Assembly (NCBI GenBank): GCA_950097015.1
Contig: CATNEN010000002.1
Location: 2,480,001 to 2,544,000, forward strand
DNA: 64,000 nucleotides
Reading direction: 5' to 3'
DNA from: Macrostomum hystrix
Taxonomy: Eukaryota > Animalia > Platyhelminthes
Numbering within the stretch: position 1 is the first letter of the stretch; every line of letters starts with the position of its first letter. The translations under genes and the position numbers were made by a program. This document shows positions 35,093 through 48,461 of this stretch, one piece after another. Below the pieces are notes generated by a model. That model did not search any database. It saw only the letters and a list, made by a program, of their open reading frames with translations, and had not been told where the DNA came from.

Positions 35093-36577
35093 ATGGGCCA
35101 GCCAGCAGTTGTCCTGGCCTGCCTATTCCTTGGCCTTCTGTTGTCGCCAATGAGCGCTTGTCCAAAACTTGCTCAAGATCCGGCCGTCAACGACCCCATT
35201 CAAATTAGTACGTTCTGTTGTTATTCACAATAGCTTCCGATTACTGGCAAGTTTTTTCTGTCTTCAATTTTCAGCCGTGACAGTCGAACCGTCACAGTTC
35301 GCCGGGTTCAAATTGGTGAACTGCACTCATGATGTGCGCCTCCGAGACCTCAAGTTTCACGTTAGCAATGAGCGCAATGATCCCATCGGGCCGCCGGAGG
35401 ATCCGTACTTCAATATTACCTCTACCCTGCGCACCTTCTATCACAAACCAATTTGGAATAGGAGTACGGATGCGAATACGAATCACTGGTACAGGTGTTC
35501 TGGTGTGGATCCGTCTGGCACAAGGAGATACTCGAATCCTGTACCGATTGTTAAGGTCCCACGTGAGTTTTGTTCATGAGATGCACGTATATGCAACGCA
35601 TTAGTTTTAGTACGTTTTGATAGAAAATACATTAGAAGCGATAATAGTTGTTAATCTAAAGCCCTGCACACACGGGCTTGTACAAGTAACGCGCAAGTAA
35701 CGCGCAAATAGATTCCCCCTTTGAGGGAGGGACGGAGTAAAGGAGAACTAGCTTTGAAGCCCTGACAAAATTACGAATTCCGAGTTCATTGGTGCTATTA
35801 TCAATGGACCAGTTGAAACCGTCGGCATTTTATATTTATAACCTTTAATGGAGTAGCACGTTTCATAATTTAAAATGAATAAAATATATATTTTTATTTT
35901 TGCTGCTAGCAATAGGTAACTTCAGGATTTCAGGATTTATACAATTCTCTAATGCAAATCGCACTTGTCCGAAATCATATACTGACTTTTCACTTTTTTC
36001 TCCTAATCGCATTTTAACTTTTGAATAAGAAATACTTAGTTTTGATAGTCTAACTCAACCCCTCATAAAAATGTCTCTGTAAAAATTCGGATCCTCAGAC
36101 GATCCACTGCAGCTGAAGATCATCGTGAAAGACACTTACGGCATGATGTACAAAGTGCAAAACGACAGCCTCGCGGTGACCGACACTGTCTACTCTCCGA
36201 TGGACTGGTTCTGGTGGACTGGTGCCGGCTACTATGACCCGAATGTGACCATATACTGCCAAATGACTGGAAATCCGTACGGCACGGACCTGGAGCTGGT
36301 GCACGATGATCCATACACATCGTCGGACGTGCCTGAAGTAATAAAGCAATGCGACAATATGCAGGTAGCGGCGAACATTGTCTACTGTCGGGTGCCAAGC
36401 TACGATAGGTACGCCGATTACCAATGGCAGTGCCGAGCTAAACAACAGAATCCTGAGACCAAAGCCGTGACATCCTACACAAAAAAGCTCGACTTTGTGA
36501 AAGTGCAGTCGAAAATCCGCATTCGCATGAAGTATTACAAGTGGTACAGCTTCAATAACCGCTACCTCACGTTCTAA
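35093..36577 (+). CDS. Gene B: truncated paralogue, signal peptide plus 2 Ig-like domains (293 aa)
   Basis: Exons 35093-35207, 35275-35562, 36099-36577. Exons 1-2 are homologous to gene A exons 1-2; exon 3 is homologous to 46727-46200. TAA at 36575 corresponds to TAC in gene C, and the ancestral GTAAG donor survives at 36628. Confidence 0.75.
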
Positions 36578-39500
36578 GTGATCCGCGGTGGAGTGGCGCT
36601 GATCCGATGCGACGCTAAATACGATGAGTAAGAATGCCCGAACAGCAAGAGAGCTAGTCCGCGCTCTGATTTTCCCGTGGTTGTACGATGATCTAGGAGG
36701 AGTTAGGGTGGCTGGGAGAACATCATTTACTATTTAGCTATTTTTGTTATTGAAATGGGTGGGCCTTATACAAGCGCTGACCTGCACTCATGAGAGAAGA
36801 TTCTTAAGGCGGGCGACAGAGTCGACTTAGATGACCGCTTAGCTACACGTGAGATTTCGCGGAAAGAGAGATGAGATGAAGGGAGGTTCAGCGGATGCAG
36901 GGAGTGGTCCTATCGGCCTCAGGCTGGCCAGTCCCACTCGTCCCATAGGCCACAGGCTTGACAGCCGTGCCTACCCCAAGCAGTGCTCGAAACCGGCTAA
37001 AAGTCTAAGAAGAGAGTCGGACTATCCGTGATCAGACAGGACAGGGCTAGAGAGCCTACTGCCGTCAGTAGCGTGTAAGTAACTGACTCCTAACCTTGGT
37101 AGCGGTGGTCGAAACGGCCCAGGCTCTTGTCACAGAAATGCGGAAAGGCTATTGGCAAAGCGGAAAATGATCTCAGGTAGCGCCACCACCCAATGCGCCT
37201 ACGTTGCCACCGCAGACATTTGGGAACTTGGGTCCCCGGAGTACACAGCTCCTAGTTTATCACGCAGATCTAGACAAGCCGAAAAATAGGGCATTCTGTA
37301 ACTTCCGTTTTAGACTGGGGTGAGAGCCCCAGAATGGATCGAGACACGCCTCAAAAGGGGATTCCTGAATTTGCGCCACAGGGGTCTAGAGAGGTGGTAC
37401 TAAGAACTCGAATAAAAATCCATAGCCGGAATCCTACTCATGAAACATCAGGCACATTCTTTACATTAGACTGCAGCCTACACATTAGGTAACTAACAAA
37501 TCCGAATCTGTGTGAGATGAGGAAAACAGAGGCAGGAGAGATTAAGCAGAACACTGGCTGAGTGATTACGCAAGCGAAAGATTCTTAGATCATCACTCTC
37601 GCTCCCGTAGCCGCAGTCGCGAGAGGGGGATAGGGGAAAACTTCATTGGCAAAGGAGTTCGACACGCACACCGTTGAACCCTCCCAAGAGGAAAAAGGAA
37701 AACCGGCTAAGAATTCCCCCAACCCTCAGGAAAGAGATGCACATGCTTACACTCCGCATTTTACCTGCAAATCCCTAGCTCCTCATTACTCTTATGCGCG
37801 CTTACAGTTGCCTTCCTGCCGCAGCCTTCAGCTCGGCATCACCAGAACCCGCCCCCTAGGCGATTAGCCACTCATGACAGAGGGCTGTCTAACGATAAAA
37901 TAAACGTAAAGAGGAGGCATAGTAAAAGGAATTAAGTTGTTGTAAAAGTAAGCCCAATAAGTTAAATGATGGCTATAAATTAGATAGTTTATTAGGCTAA
38001 ACAATTCCTAGCTCCCCTCCCACTAAATGCCGCCTAACTAATAGAAAGCCCCTTAGGAGCAATAATTGCAAACCGCTGCGCGGATTACTTATCTGGAGTC
38101 GCTTCGGCCGCGTGCTGCAATCCCGTTGTTCTCGGGGAAGAGGGCGGGGCAAGACAGCAAAGACCGGGAAGGGAAAGATGCTGCGAGTCGGCAGGGGGCC
38201 AACACGCTTGGAGCTCAAGGCTCAATTTAACGGCTCACCTAAAGAGGTGGCTCGCGCTCAGGGGGAATGGGGACAGGCAATGGGCCTGCGCTAGCCGTGG
38301 AGCTCTAAGCTCTAGGGTCTAAGCCCTAAATGGGTCTGGGGGATAAGTCCTGGGTCCGGTGGGACTCCGACCCGGCAAAGGTGAACCCGGCGGGGAGAAG
38401 GGGAAGAGCCGGTGGGAGAAAAGAGGTCCTAGAGGGAGCAGCGCAGCGCGCTTGCTTAAATAGGCCTTGCAGCACGCCAACCCCGACATCCATCAAAGCA
38501 ACCCACATTCGCGCCAGCCTGTCATCGAGGAATTGAAGCGGCGATTGCCGCCCCAATTGCCCAATGAACCGGCGGCGGGAAACGACAGATGTTCTGCGCG
38601 AACAGCCGTCGGCAGTCAGCCAGCGATTGTTACTCCGCCGGGACAATGGGAAGCGCAGGCGCCGACCTGCCTACAGTGACATTTACATGTATCTAAAAGG
38701 AGGAAGGTCATAAAGTCGAGCTGGGCTCGAATACTGTAAAGAAGTGGGGACATGAAGAATTAATGATCACTCATAACGCCCGACTGATTCCCGATATCTG
38801 ATCGCGGTTTGGAGGGGAATTATGGCCTAAACTACTCATACAATAAAAGTTATGGCCGAGATCAGTCATTCCTACAGGGGTCTAGACAGATCCAGGGAAA
38901 AGGGATTCGACGGCTACTTAATTCACCGCCGCCCCAAACCCGGCCCTAAGATTAATGATCTTGTTTGTGGCCAGCTGCTATGTGGGTCGCAATTATTGGA
39001 TACTAAAAAAATGAAAATTTCTGCTGGCTCACATTCCCACTCGATTCCCGCAGCACACTCCACATCATAGCTAATTGAAAACCTTTAACAATCTTTTTAA
39101 ATAGTGTCACTCGGATCTGCGACCTGGAAGCTGCCGGACACAGTCTGAGTGACATCATGTCCATTACTGGCCAAACGTCAGAGAGAACAACCCGTCGCTA
39201 TCTGGCGAGGCGGCGTGACCGTTCCCTACAGAAGAATAGTGCATCGGTTTCTTCTGCTCTTCAGTTGCGCTCTGATGAGGATGCTGTCGCCATCCCTGCT
39301 TCCGGTTCGGCTGTTGCTGAACAAGACGAGTCCGTCGCCATCCCTGCTCCTGACTCGGATGCCACTATCTCCATCCAATCGGGCCTGTGCTTTACCGGCT
39401 TCAATAGTCACGACAACCCTGTGACTAAGTTCAGTTTCAATGGATGCACGTTTAATCAGTGCAAGTTTAACTAATTTTTACTAAAACTAAAACTTGTTTG

Positions 39501-39862
39501 TCATTTGTTAAGTTTAAACTATACGCGTTAACTTAAAAAAATTATTCTAAAAATTCCAAACAATGACCGGTCATTGTATGAATGTCATTGCCTTGAATTA
39601 AATTACCATAGACATTTTGGACAATGACAACTTTGGTCTTTGCTTAACTCTGCCTACTGGATCTGTCATTACTTAATGCTACTAAAATTAGGCAACCAGT
39701 CGACCATAGACAAACTTTCAGGCTTTGCTGCAGTGGGCCATAGACAAAGATTTAGGCCTTGATGTGACTGAAAAGTGCCATTTCAGCATCTGTTACAAAA
39801 AGCGATAAGACAGGAAAGAAAATTTACAGCCGCAAAATATCAATTTCACTTAGTCAATATAT

Positions 39863-41128
39863 ATGGCTACACATCATTTTATTAATTGGAGGAACTTGCC
39901 GGTGGATTCACTTGATGGAGTGACGCATGATGAGCTTCAATCTTTTAGTTCACTTTTCGCTGCTGACTGGAGTGCTGATGACGAACTGCCAAACTTTATC
40001 GATGCATTGACCAGTTCGGACAAAGGTTTTACGACTGGAGACAACCTTCCTGAATTACCTGAACTAACAGCTGGTTTCGGTGACGTTGATTTAGATGCCG
40101 TTGAATTGACGCCTCTTCCTCGAAGCTCGAGAGAACAAATGAACAAGGCTGGCGAAGCATTTATGAAATTTTTGGAGACGCGATCCATTCAAAGCCCCAA
40201 GAGATGCCAGTGGCAATGCTGAACGAATATCTGCGCTTTTTCTACTATACACTTAAGAAGACTGATGGTAGTTTGTATGCCCCCTCTAGCTTGGTATGCT
40301 GGAGGGCTGGGATCCAAAGGTACTTCAGCATAATCCTAAAGCGTCCGCTTAATATCGTGTCTGGGTACTTTGATAGAACCACAGTCGAACGCCTACAGGA
40401 CGAGGTGGTATTCACCATTCTCTATATTATTGGTGAAAGAGGACAAGAACACCTTAAGCATTTGAAACAGCAGGGAGCATTGGTTGCTGGTATCGACTCC
40501 GACGGACATGAGTGCTATGAACTACCACCACTTCCAACTAAGAACAAATCGAGTGACCCAGTCAAGTGTAAAGACGACAGAACGAAGCAAGCGCGCATCT
40601 ATGGAGAGCATCGTGAACTGATTGCTCTGTATGAGAGGTCTTTACCTACAGGGGTGAACAACGGTAGCTTTTTTTCCAAAGCCTCTTTTGAACGATTCAG
40701 AAGGCAGGCCCCGTTTTTCTACGAATCAGGTGCGCGGAGTCAACTGGCTGGCGAATTTTATGCAGAGGGTGAGTCGTCTATGCAACTTGAGTAAAGTGTA
40801 TAGTAATCACTGCATTCGCTTTACAAGGATCGCTGACCTGCGCGATAATGGTCATTCTTTGAACGATATTATGACTATTACTGGACAAAAGTCTGACAGG
40901 ACTGTACGCTGCTACTTGTCTAGGCAGCGTGAAAGCACTGTCCGGAATGTGTCCATGACAGTCAGCAGGGCTCTTAAGCGGAAGGGCGAAGCGGAGACTG
41001 CGATCTCTACACTAACGAGTGTGTCAACTAATGCTACACATGGACAGAAGAATGAAATGTTGGATAGGACACCGAGCATGTTTGCCGGTTGCTCATTCCA
41101 GCTCTGTACTATTAACTTTACGAAGTGA
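39863..41128 (+). mobile_element. Second copy of YR1 (extra frameshift near 40675)
   Basis: About 99% identical to 3023-4287 by eye. It shares the 3360 frameshift and has an extra T in a T-run. Confidence 0.85.
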
Positions 41129-44100
41129 TGCTCTAATTGTCTCGATTACAATGGCTAGACACTTTGTTTTATTGTTTATAACCATGTTTTCAAGTTCTCT
41201 TGCTATAACATTATAATAAATATAGCTCTTTGCAGACCATTTGATCCTTCCAGCATTCGATTTAATCCACAGTGGCAAAATCCAAACGTTTCAGGCCGAT
41301 TTTCAAGTTTTCTATGGCCAAAAGTATGACCATAGAGCAATCGATTTGATCCTTCGGACACGCATTTAAGCCTCTCTCCACTGTTTAGTTGTTATTGTTT
41401 GCCCTAGAACACAGACTAGACGGTTATCATCAGACGTCAGAGAGCGAAGTAGCTAACACTATGTTCGACGAAGAAATTAAATATTAAATCTATGGGGCGG
41501 GACTAAATGCGTGTCCTGTATGTAGCAACTCCGATTGCGAGGCTCGCTCGGACGCCGGAATCTTGGCTAGCACTTCTGCTGAGTTCGATTTCCACTTGCG
41601 GGCTCGCATTCCAGCTCTTCTCTACTACTCGGACAGCTGCTCAAACAGTTGAATCGCTCTGCGTTCTTCTGCCGACTCCAACGTTCTGGGAGCTTTCTCC
41701 GGCTCCTCTTTGATCTCGCAGAATTTCTTTAGCATCTCCGCCACGTCTTCCTCGTGCGCGAAACTGAAGAATTCTTGCTGACCCTCAACCATGCTGTTCG
41801 CCGGCGCGAAATCCATCAGTACAACGCAGGTCCAGCCGATTGGTGTTAATCTTGCGACCGGTTCGCCTGGCAATCCGCGAAGCCTTCTGAACAGGCGGTG
41901 TTAGCTGGTGTTGGTGTTGTTGGCTAGTGGTGGTGGATTTAATAGAATAAACGTGAAGCTGTGAACAGGTGAACAGATACAAGCTGTGAACAGGTGAACA
42001 CATACAAGCTGTGAATAGGTGAACAGATACAAGCTGTGAATAGGTGAACAGATACAAATTGTGAACAGGTGAACGGATACAAGCTGTGAACAGGTGAACA
42101 TATACAAGCTGTGAACAGGTGAACGGATACAAGCTGTGAACATGTGAACACATACAAGCTGTGAACAGGTGAACACATACAAGCTGTGAACAGGTGAATA
42201 GCCTGCTGAAGTGGACATTGGTAATGGGCGAGGCTGCACAAGTCTGAATTTAGTCAGCAATTTTTGTCATTTTTCCTTCATAGTCCTGGCGAGGTTCTTG
42301 TCCAGGATGACTGTCGCAGGACCAAGAAATATCTAGCATCTATATTTAGTCGCGAATGTCAATTGGGGCCTAATGCGAATGGCGGTAGCAACAAGTTAGA
42401 TTTACTCATAAACAATCTCAAAAGCGTTTATTGATTGCTGCAAGAACTTTGTTGGCAACTTCAAACGCAGTTGTTTCGCTTAATTCATATTGCCTTAGAT
42501 TCAGATAATATATTTCATAATCAAAAAGTACCAGCCAATCAAATTTCAAATCGAGTACATGATGTAAAAGTATATTTCGTGCTACTTCGGTTTTCGTGTG
42601 TACTTTTCTTTATCAGCCAATCAGAGTCGGCTCTTCAGAATGACGCTCTCTCCGCGTCCCAGGTGCTCTTAAATTCCGCCTTGCCGAGAGAGTTCTGAGC
42701 GGAGCACACGTAGGTGCCATACGCGTTGTCGCGGCCGATGTTCTCTGCAGTTGTGAAGGTGTCAAGCGATGAAAATTCGGGAGTCAAAATGCAGTGTGTC
42801 ACTTCAGGCAACACCTTCTGACTAGCTTTCCTTAGAATATATTCTGGCTTAGATAAATGAATTCTAGTGTCACTATTGACTTTGTGCTTGCTAGGCGATT
42901 CTATTTCTTCGCGGAAATTCCATGGACTGCCCATACTATTTTTAGCACACGGAAAACCTACTTACGTGATGTCTTTCAGCCAATGGGAAAACAGGAATCA
43001 TTTCTCTTTTCCCGTATTGATACCGTTTTTTACTTTTGATTATTTCAACAGCCTCACAAGCTATATTTTGGCTTCTCTATTGAGTATTTTTCCACAAATA
43101 TCACCCATAACCAATAATAATAATGAATAATATTTTATTAAGGCTATTAAGGCCTTATACTATTAAGGTTCGTCGGTCGTTCAGTCCATGGACTGGGGAG
43201 ACGCCACACCACCTTCAGTTACCCCACCTAATGCTGGTACCCATGTAACAAATGTATGAAGTGAAGCAATTTAAAGATAATTGTATTGCTAAAGAACACA
43301 AATTGTTCGCTAATGGAGTCGGGAATTGAACTTCAGACCTTTAAGTCGAGATTTTCACGCTCTAATCACAAGGCTTCAATCACACGCCTTGATCGGTTGA
43401 ACCAATCAATCTAGATAAGAACGAGAAATAAGTTTAAAAATCTATCTACCAGCTATATTACTTCCTCAACGCTCCTTTCCGATTGAGCAAGCGAGTTGAT
43501 GTCCTTTCCTTACCTTTTGGTAGTCTGAAATGGAAGGGGTGTTAGAATAGCCTTTAGAATCTGTTTGTGTACTTCAATTCATTAAACCACAATGCTTCTA
43601 AATCTAAACACTCACTTGTAAACTAGCTGCCACCCGTATGTGTTGGAGCTCCAATTGCTGTAGTAGGCCTCCTCAAACTGCCTGATCCACCTTGGGGTCT
43701 CCAGTTGAACATTGTCCGCGTCGCGCTTGGTAATATCCAGATCCGGGTACGGGTAGCCGGTAACGATGCATTTGAAATAAATGTCGCCTTTGCCGGTCTT
43801 TGTGATGAATATCCTGCCGTTACTCTCCCGATAGTCGCATTCGCCAGGTCGGGCTAAGGGGTCGAGGTTAAACGTACGTTAGCCCGACTAACGCACTTAG
43901 GGATGTCAACTTAAGACTCCAGAATGGAGACCTATGGTCAATCATCGAACCAAATCAACTGAAATCAGCAGCTGGTCGATATAGTTGACCCAGAGTATCC
44001 CCAGGGTACCCTGAAATAAAGCGAACCCTAGGACTGAGCGAAACCCATTTCCCTGACTCCTGAGCACACAGTACACAGATGATGTACACAGACCCTGATT

Positions 44101-47100
44101 TCAGGTAAAGTACTATCTTACTGCACCTTTAAGCTGGCCCTAAAGCGTGCCAATTGTACAGCAAGACCCTTGAACCTTCTCGCTGCGGCTGCACCCCAAG
44201 TTAGTGTGGGCATGCCGCGAGTTCGATCAGGAATCTTGGTGCTCTGAGAAACTGAGACCGCTCTGCCACTCACCCCCTCCTAACAAACATTGTCCAAGCT
44301 ACTAAGTTAGAAAATGTGACAGGAACGGAATTTCTTCGACAACTGCTTTGAACGCGTCTCTCATAATGCAATCTTGAAGCTTAATCCGCTATAACTGAAC
44401 CTAATCCGAATTAGTTTTCACAACTTTCAGCAGAATCATGTTGCGCCAAAAGTTCTTACTCAGCACGAAAGCCTTGATGGGCACCGACTGAATAAGCAGA
44501 TCTTCAACGCCCGATACGTTCATGAATGACCTGACGGCCACGCACATGAAAATGCCCGAATCGCTCACGGAGCCAGTATGCAGCGTCAGCGTCACTTTGC
44601 CGCCCTCGAAACGCTTTTTCATGCCGGAAACCTCGGTGGCAGTGCCGGCTTCCCTCTCATCGTAGAGGCACTTGAAGTTCTTGCACTTTTGTGAGTGTGT
44701 GTGTAATTGGATGCTTGCAAAAATATTCCAAATAGAACGGCTATTAACAGGGCTTTCCAGTTTAACCAACCTTGACCCAGTCCAGGTAGCGATATGCGTC
44801 TAAATTTATATCCATTTCTGCGTCGTAGTTCTGCAGAGTGCAGGTCAGCTCAATCGGTGGTCCATCGCGGCGCAAATCGACGGTGTCCGGATTTCGAATC
44901 ATCAACGAAGAGTTCACGGTGTCCTTTATTGTGACGACGATGTTGGGCCTCTCGGGAATCGCTGGAGAAAACGATGGTGTGCGAACATTATCTTAGTGGA
45001 AGGCTGGTGGGACTCCTTCTAAACCGGCCGATCTCTTTCTGTACGGACTCACAGACTGGTTCTCTGACTCACTGCTTTGGTCTCTTCACTCACAAAGATT
45101 TAGTAGGCCTGTGCTTAGAGATTCAGGCACTAATCTGGGGGTCGGGAGTTTGCCAAACCTCAGCCAAGAATAAACGATCTGTATTCCCGATTCGCAGCCA
45201 ACGGAGAGACAATACAGCACATTTCGATGACTTCTGAACATGCACAGGTACATGGATACTGTGTACAGGCACAAACTCACAGGTGATCGTATCTGCCTTG
45301 AAGTTTCTTCAGGCAGTGTACACTCTCAATGTACCTTGGGGTTCGGCTCTCAAGGGCATAAATGGCACGACAAGCCCCGAAGCCTCGGAATCGAGCTCAG
45401 GGACATTGGTGAAGGATGTAAACTAAAACAAGTGTCGCCAATGTGTATCTCTAATTCTTACTGAACACAATGATTTTAAAGTAGCGCTGCCCGATGCCCT
45501 GCGAAGGAATCTCGGAAGCATTCTGAGGCCGGACAAAGCAGACAATCTCCTTGTTGTTGAGCGTGTCAGGGATGTCGCTGATTGTCAGAGTGTTGCCCTC
45601 CTGCTTGGCGAAGTGAGGAAGTCCATTCTGGCCGACTAGATAGAACTCGTACTGGTGCGGGAATGGGATCTCAGAGAGTCGACCGTCACTTCAGAATGGA
45701 AAAAGCAGAACAGCTGATATTTTAGTTGTAAGATGCAGTGAGCAAACAAAAAATTCTTTGCCACGCTCGGGTTTAATAAAAGAAATTCTATTTTCGATTA
45801 GATACTGGTTTCTATGAGTTAATCGAATCTGCAGTGTTTGATGGATTCAAAAAACTATCCAGGCAATAAATGTTGCCTCGTCTCCACTAACCTGTCAGTT
45901 TTTCTGAATCATTTCAAGACCACAACTACTCCACTCCACTTGTTATAAGAGTATTTACAAAATACGTAGCCCTTTTCAAGATACAACTTCATCCACCGTT
46001 TAAGAGTATATGCAAAATACGATAAAACTTCATCCGCCGTTCAAAACGCATATTTAAAAGTTAATTCCAATTATGTATAACAAAAATAGCTAAATAGTAA
46101 ATGATGTTCTCCCAGCCACCCTAACTCCTCCTAGATCATCGTACAACCACGGGCCAATCAGAGCGCGGACTAGCTCTCTTGATGTTCGGGCATTCTTACT
46201 CATCGTATTTAGCGTCGCATCGGATCAGCGCCACTCCACCGCGGGTCATGTAGAACGTGAGGTAGCGGTTATTGTAGCTGTACCACTTGTAATACTTCAT
46301 GCGAATGCGGATTTTCGACTGCACTTTCACAAAGTCGAGCTTTTTGTGTAGGATGTCACGGCTTTGGTCTCAGGATTCTGTTGTTTAGCTCGGCACTGCC
46401 ATTGGTAATCGGCGTACCTATCGTAGCTTGGCACCCGACAGTAGACAATATTCCACGCTACCTGCATATTTTCGCATTGCTTTATTACTAGAGGCACGTC
46501 CGACGCTGTGTATGGGTCATCGTGCACCAGCTCCAGGTCCGTGCCGTACGGATTTCCAGTCATGTGGCAGTATATGGTCACATTCGGGTCATAGTAGCCG
46601 TATCCAGTCGTGCCGAACTGGTCCATCGGAGAGTAGACAGTGTCGGTCACCGCGAGGCTGTCGTTTTGCACTTTGTACATCATGCCGTAAGTGTCTTTCA
46701 CGATGATCTTCAGCTGCAGTGGATCGTCTGAGGATCCGAATTTTTACAGAGACATTGTTATGAAGGGTTGAGGTAGACTATCAAAATGAAGTATTTCTTA
46801 TTCAAATGTTAAAAGGCCATAAAGAGAAAAAAGTGAAAAAAAATCATTATATAATATTATACACATTAAGTCCAAAATCAGTAAATAAACTTACAGACCA
46901 TCGACTCGAAGCGCATGTTGATCGACTTGGTTTCGTGCGCAACGTCGTTTTTCGCATTGCAAGTGAAGGGCAGCTGGTGTACGCGCTTGTCCATAATAAA
47001 TGTAATGTTCGCGTAGCTTCGGTTTCCGATCTGACCCTCGTCAGCGAACTGTTAAAATAAATTCGGAATGTGTGAAGCTAGTCAAAAGGCTACATTGAAT

Positions 47101-48461
47101 TTTGAGGCTTTCGCAGTGTACCACTGCCTGACAGGGACAAATGTGGGTGGAACAGTAATACAACCTGGAAGGACATTGCCTGTGCAAGCATCCGTGCCTG
47201 TCTACACAGTCTGTCTACTGCCCGTGGGGGTTAGTGGCAGAGCGGTCTGACGCATTTACCTCTCGCACCAAGCTTCCTGAGCTCGATTCCGTGGCGAGGC
47301 CACATTCATTTGGGGCGCAGCCGCAGAGGATGCCCTTGAGGGCCGACCTCCGAGGCAAATTGAGAGTGTACACTGCCTGACGATGAGAAATTCAGGGCGA
47401 TTTACACACCTGTGTGAGCGTGAGTCTGCGTACAGTATCTGAGTGCTTGTGTGCTCAGGAGTCAGCGGAATGGGCAGAATTGCCTCCTCGCTTGCTGCAG
47501 GTATAGTGTCACCAAATTATGTGCCGTTGACTGCAGCCCTCTTGCAATTAATATATTATTACTATTGTTTGTTTAGTTGATATTATGAATTTTCTTATTA
47601 TAAATATTGTTATTTTTTTTCTTATTATTAAGTATCCGTGTGCATCCTAATAACATTTTTTACTGGCGGTGTGGTAGCGTGGGTCTGCTCAGTTGCTCCG
47701 CTGAGTGTAATTTACAGTGCAGGTGTACACCTGCACGCGCTCGTGTGATTGACTGACGCTTTGTCAGACAACCTTTATTGTTGGCCAGCTATGATAAATG
47801 CAAGCTCTCTGCCTTTGGGGGGGTCTTACTCCCGAAGTGGAGTTTTCACAGGCGGCGAATCGAACGTCGTCAATTTTGTACAAAATAATTTCAATCCAGA
47901 TCCAGAACACTTACAACCACGCCAGGAACTGTAGTAGCATTCTTCCACCAAACATCCCACCAGACCTTGGCTGGTGGCACAGCGTTTTCATCGTAGCAAT
48001 ACAACCACTGACGCCCGCCATTGATGAGAGTCTTCTCCGCAATGATGTATTTCGGTACGGGCGGCTTCTCTGAAAGTGGAAATCGAAACAAAGAGTGCAT
48101 AGAACAAAGACTATATGCAACTTGTTTGTGCCAACCAGTCCAAAGGCTTGACCGTGACCTCTACAAGGCTTTAAAACTGTCTTGCCCAAGGCCACATATT
48201 TTTCCTTTCGGCTGAAGTTCGAACTCCAAACCTCTTAGTAAGAAGTTCGTCCGAATCGGCACACGTGTTTTTATTAAGCTTGACTTCATTGCTAAGGGGG
48301 ATTAAATATAGGAAAAACTGTTCTAGGATTTTTACAGAACTCAATCAGCGCCAGTTTTTTCAACGCGCAATTCACAGCCAATTTTAATGATTGCATCAGG
48401 GCCAGTTATTTAAGTGAGCACTCTAAAAAGAATTGTGCATAGCTGTGTGCATAGCTGTGTC

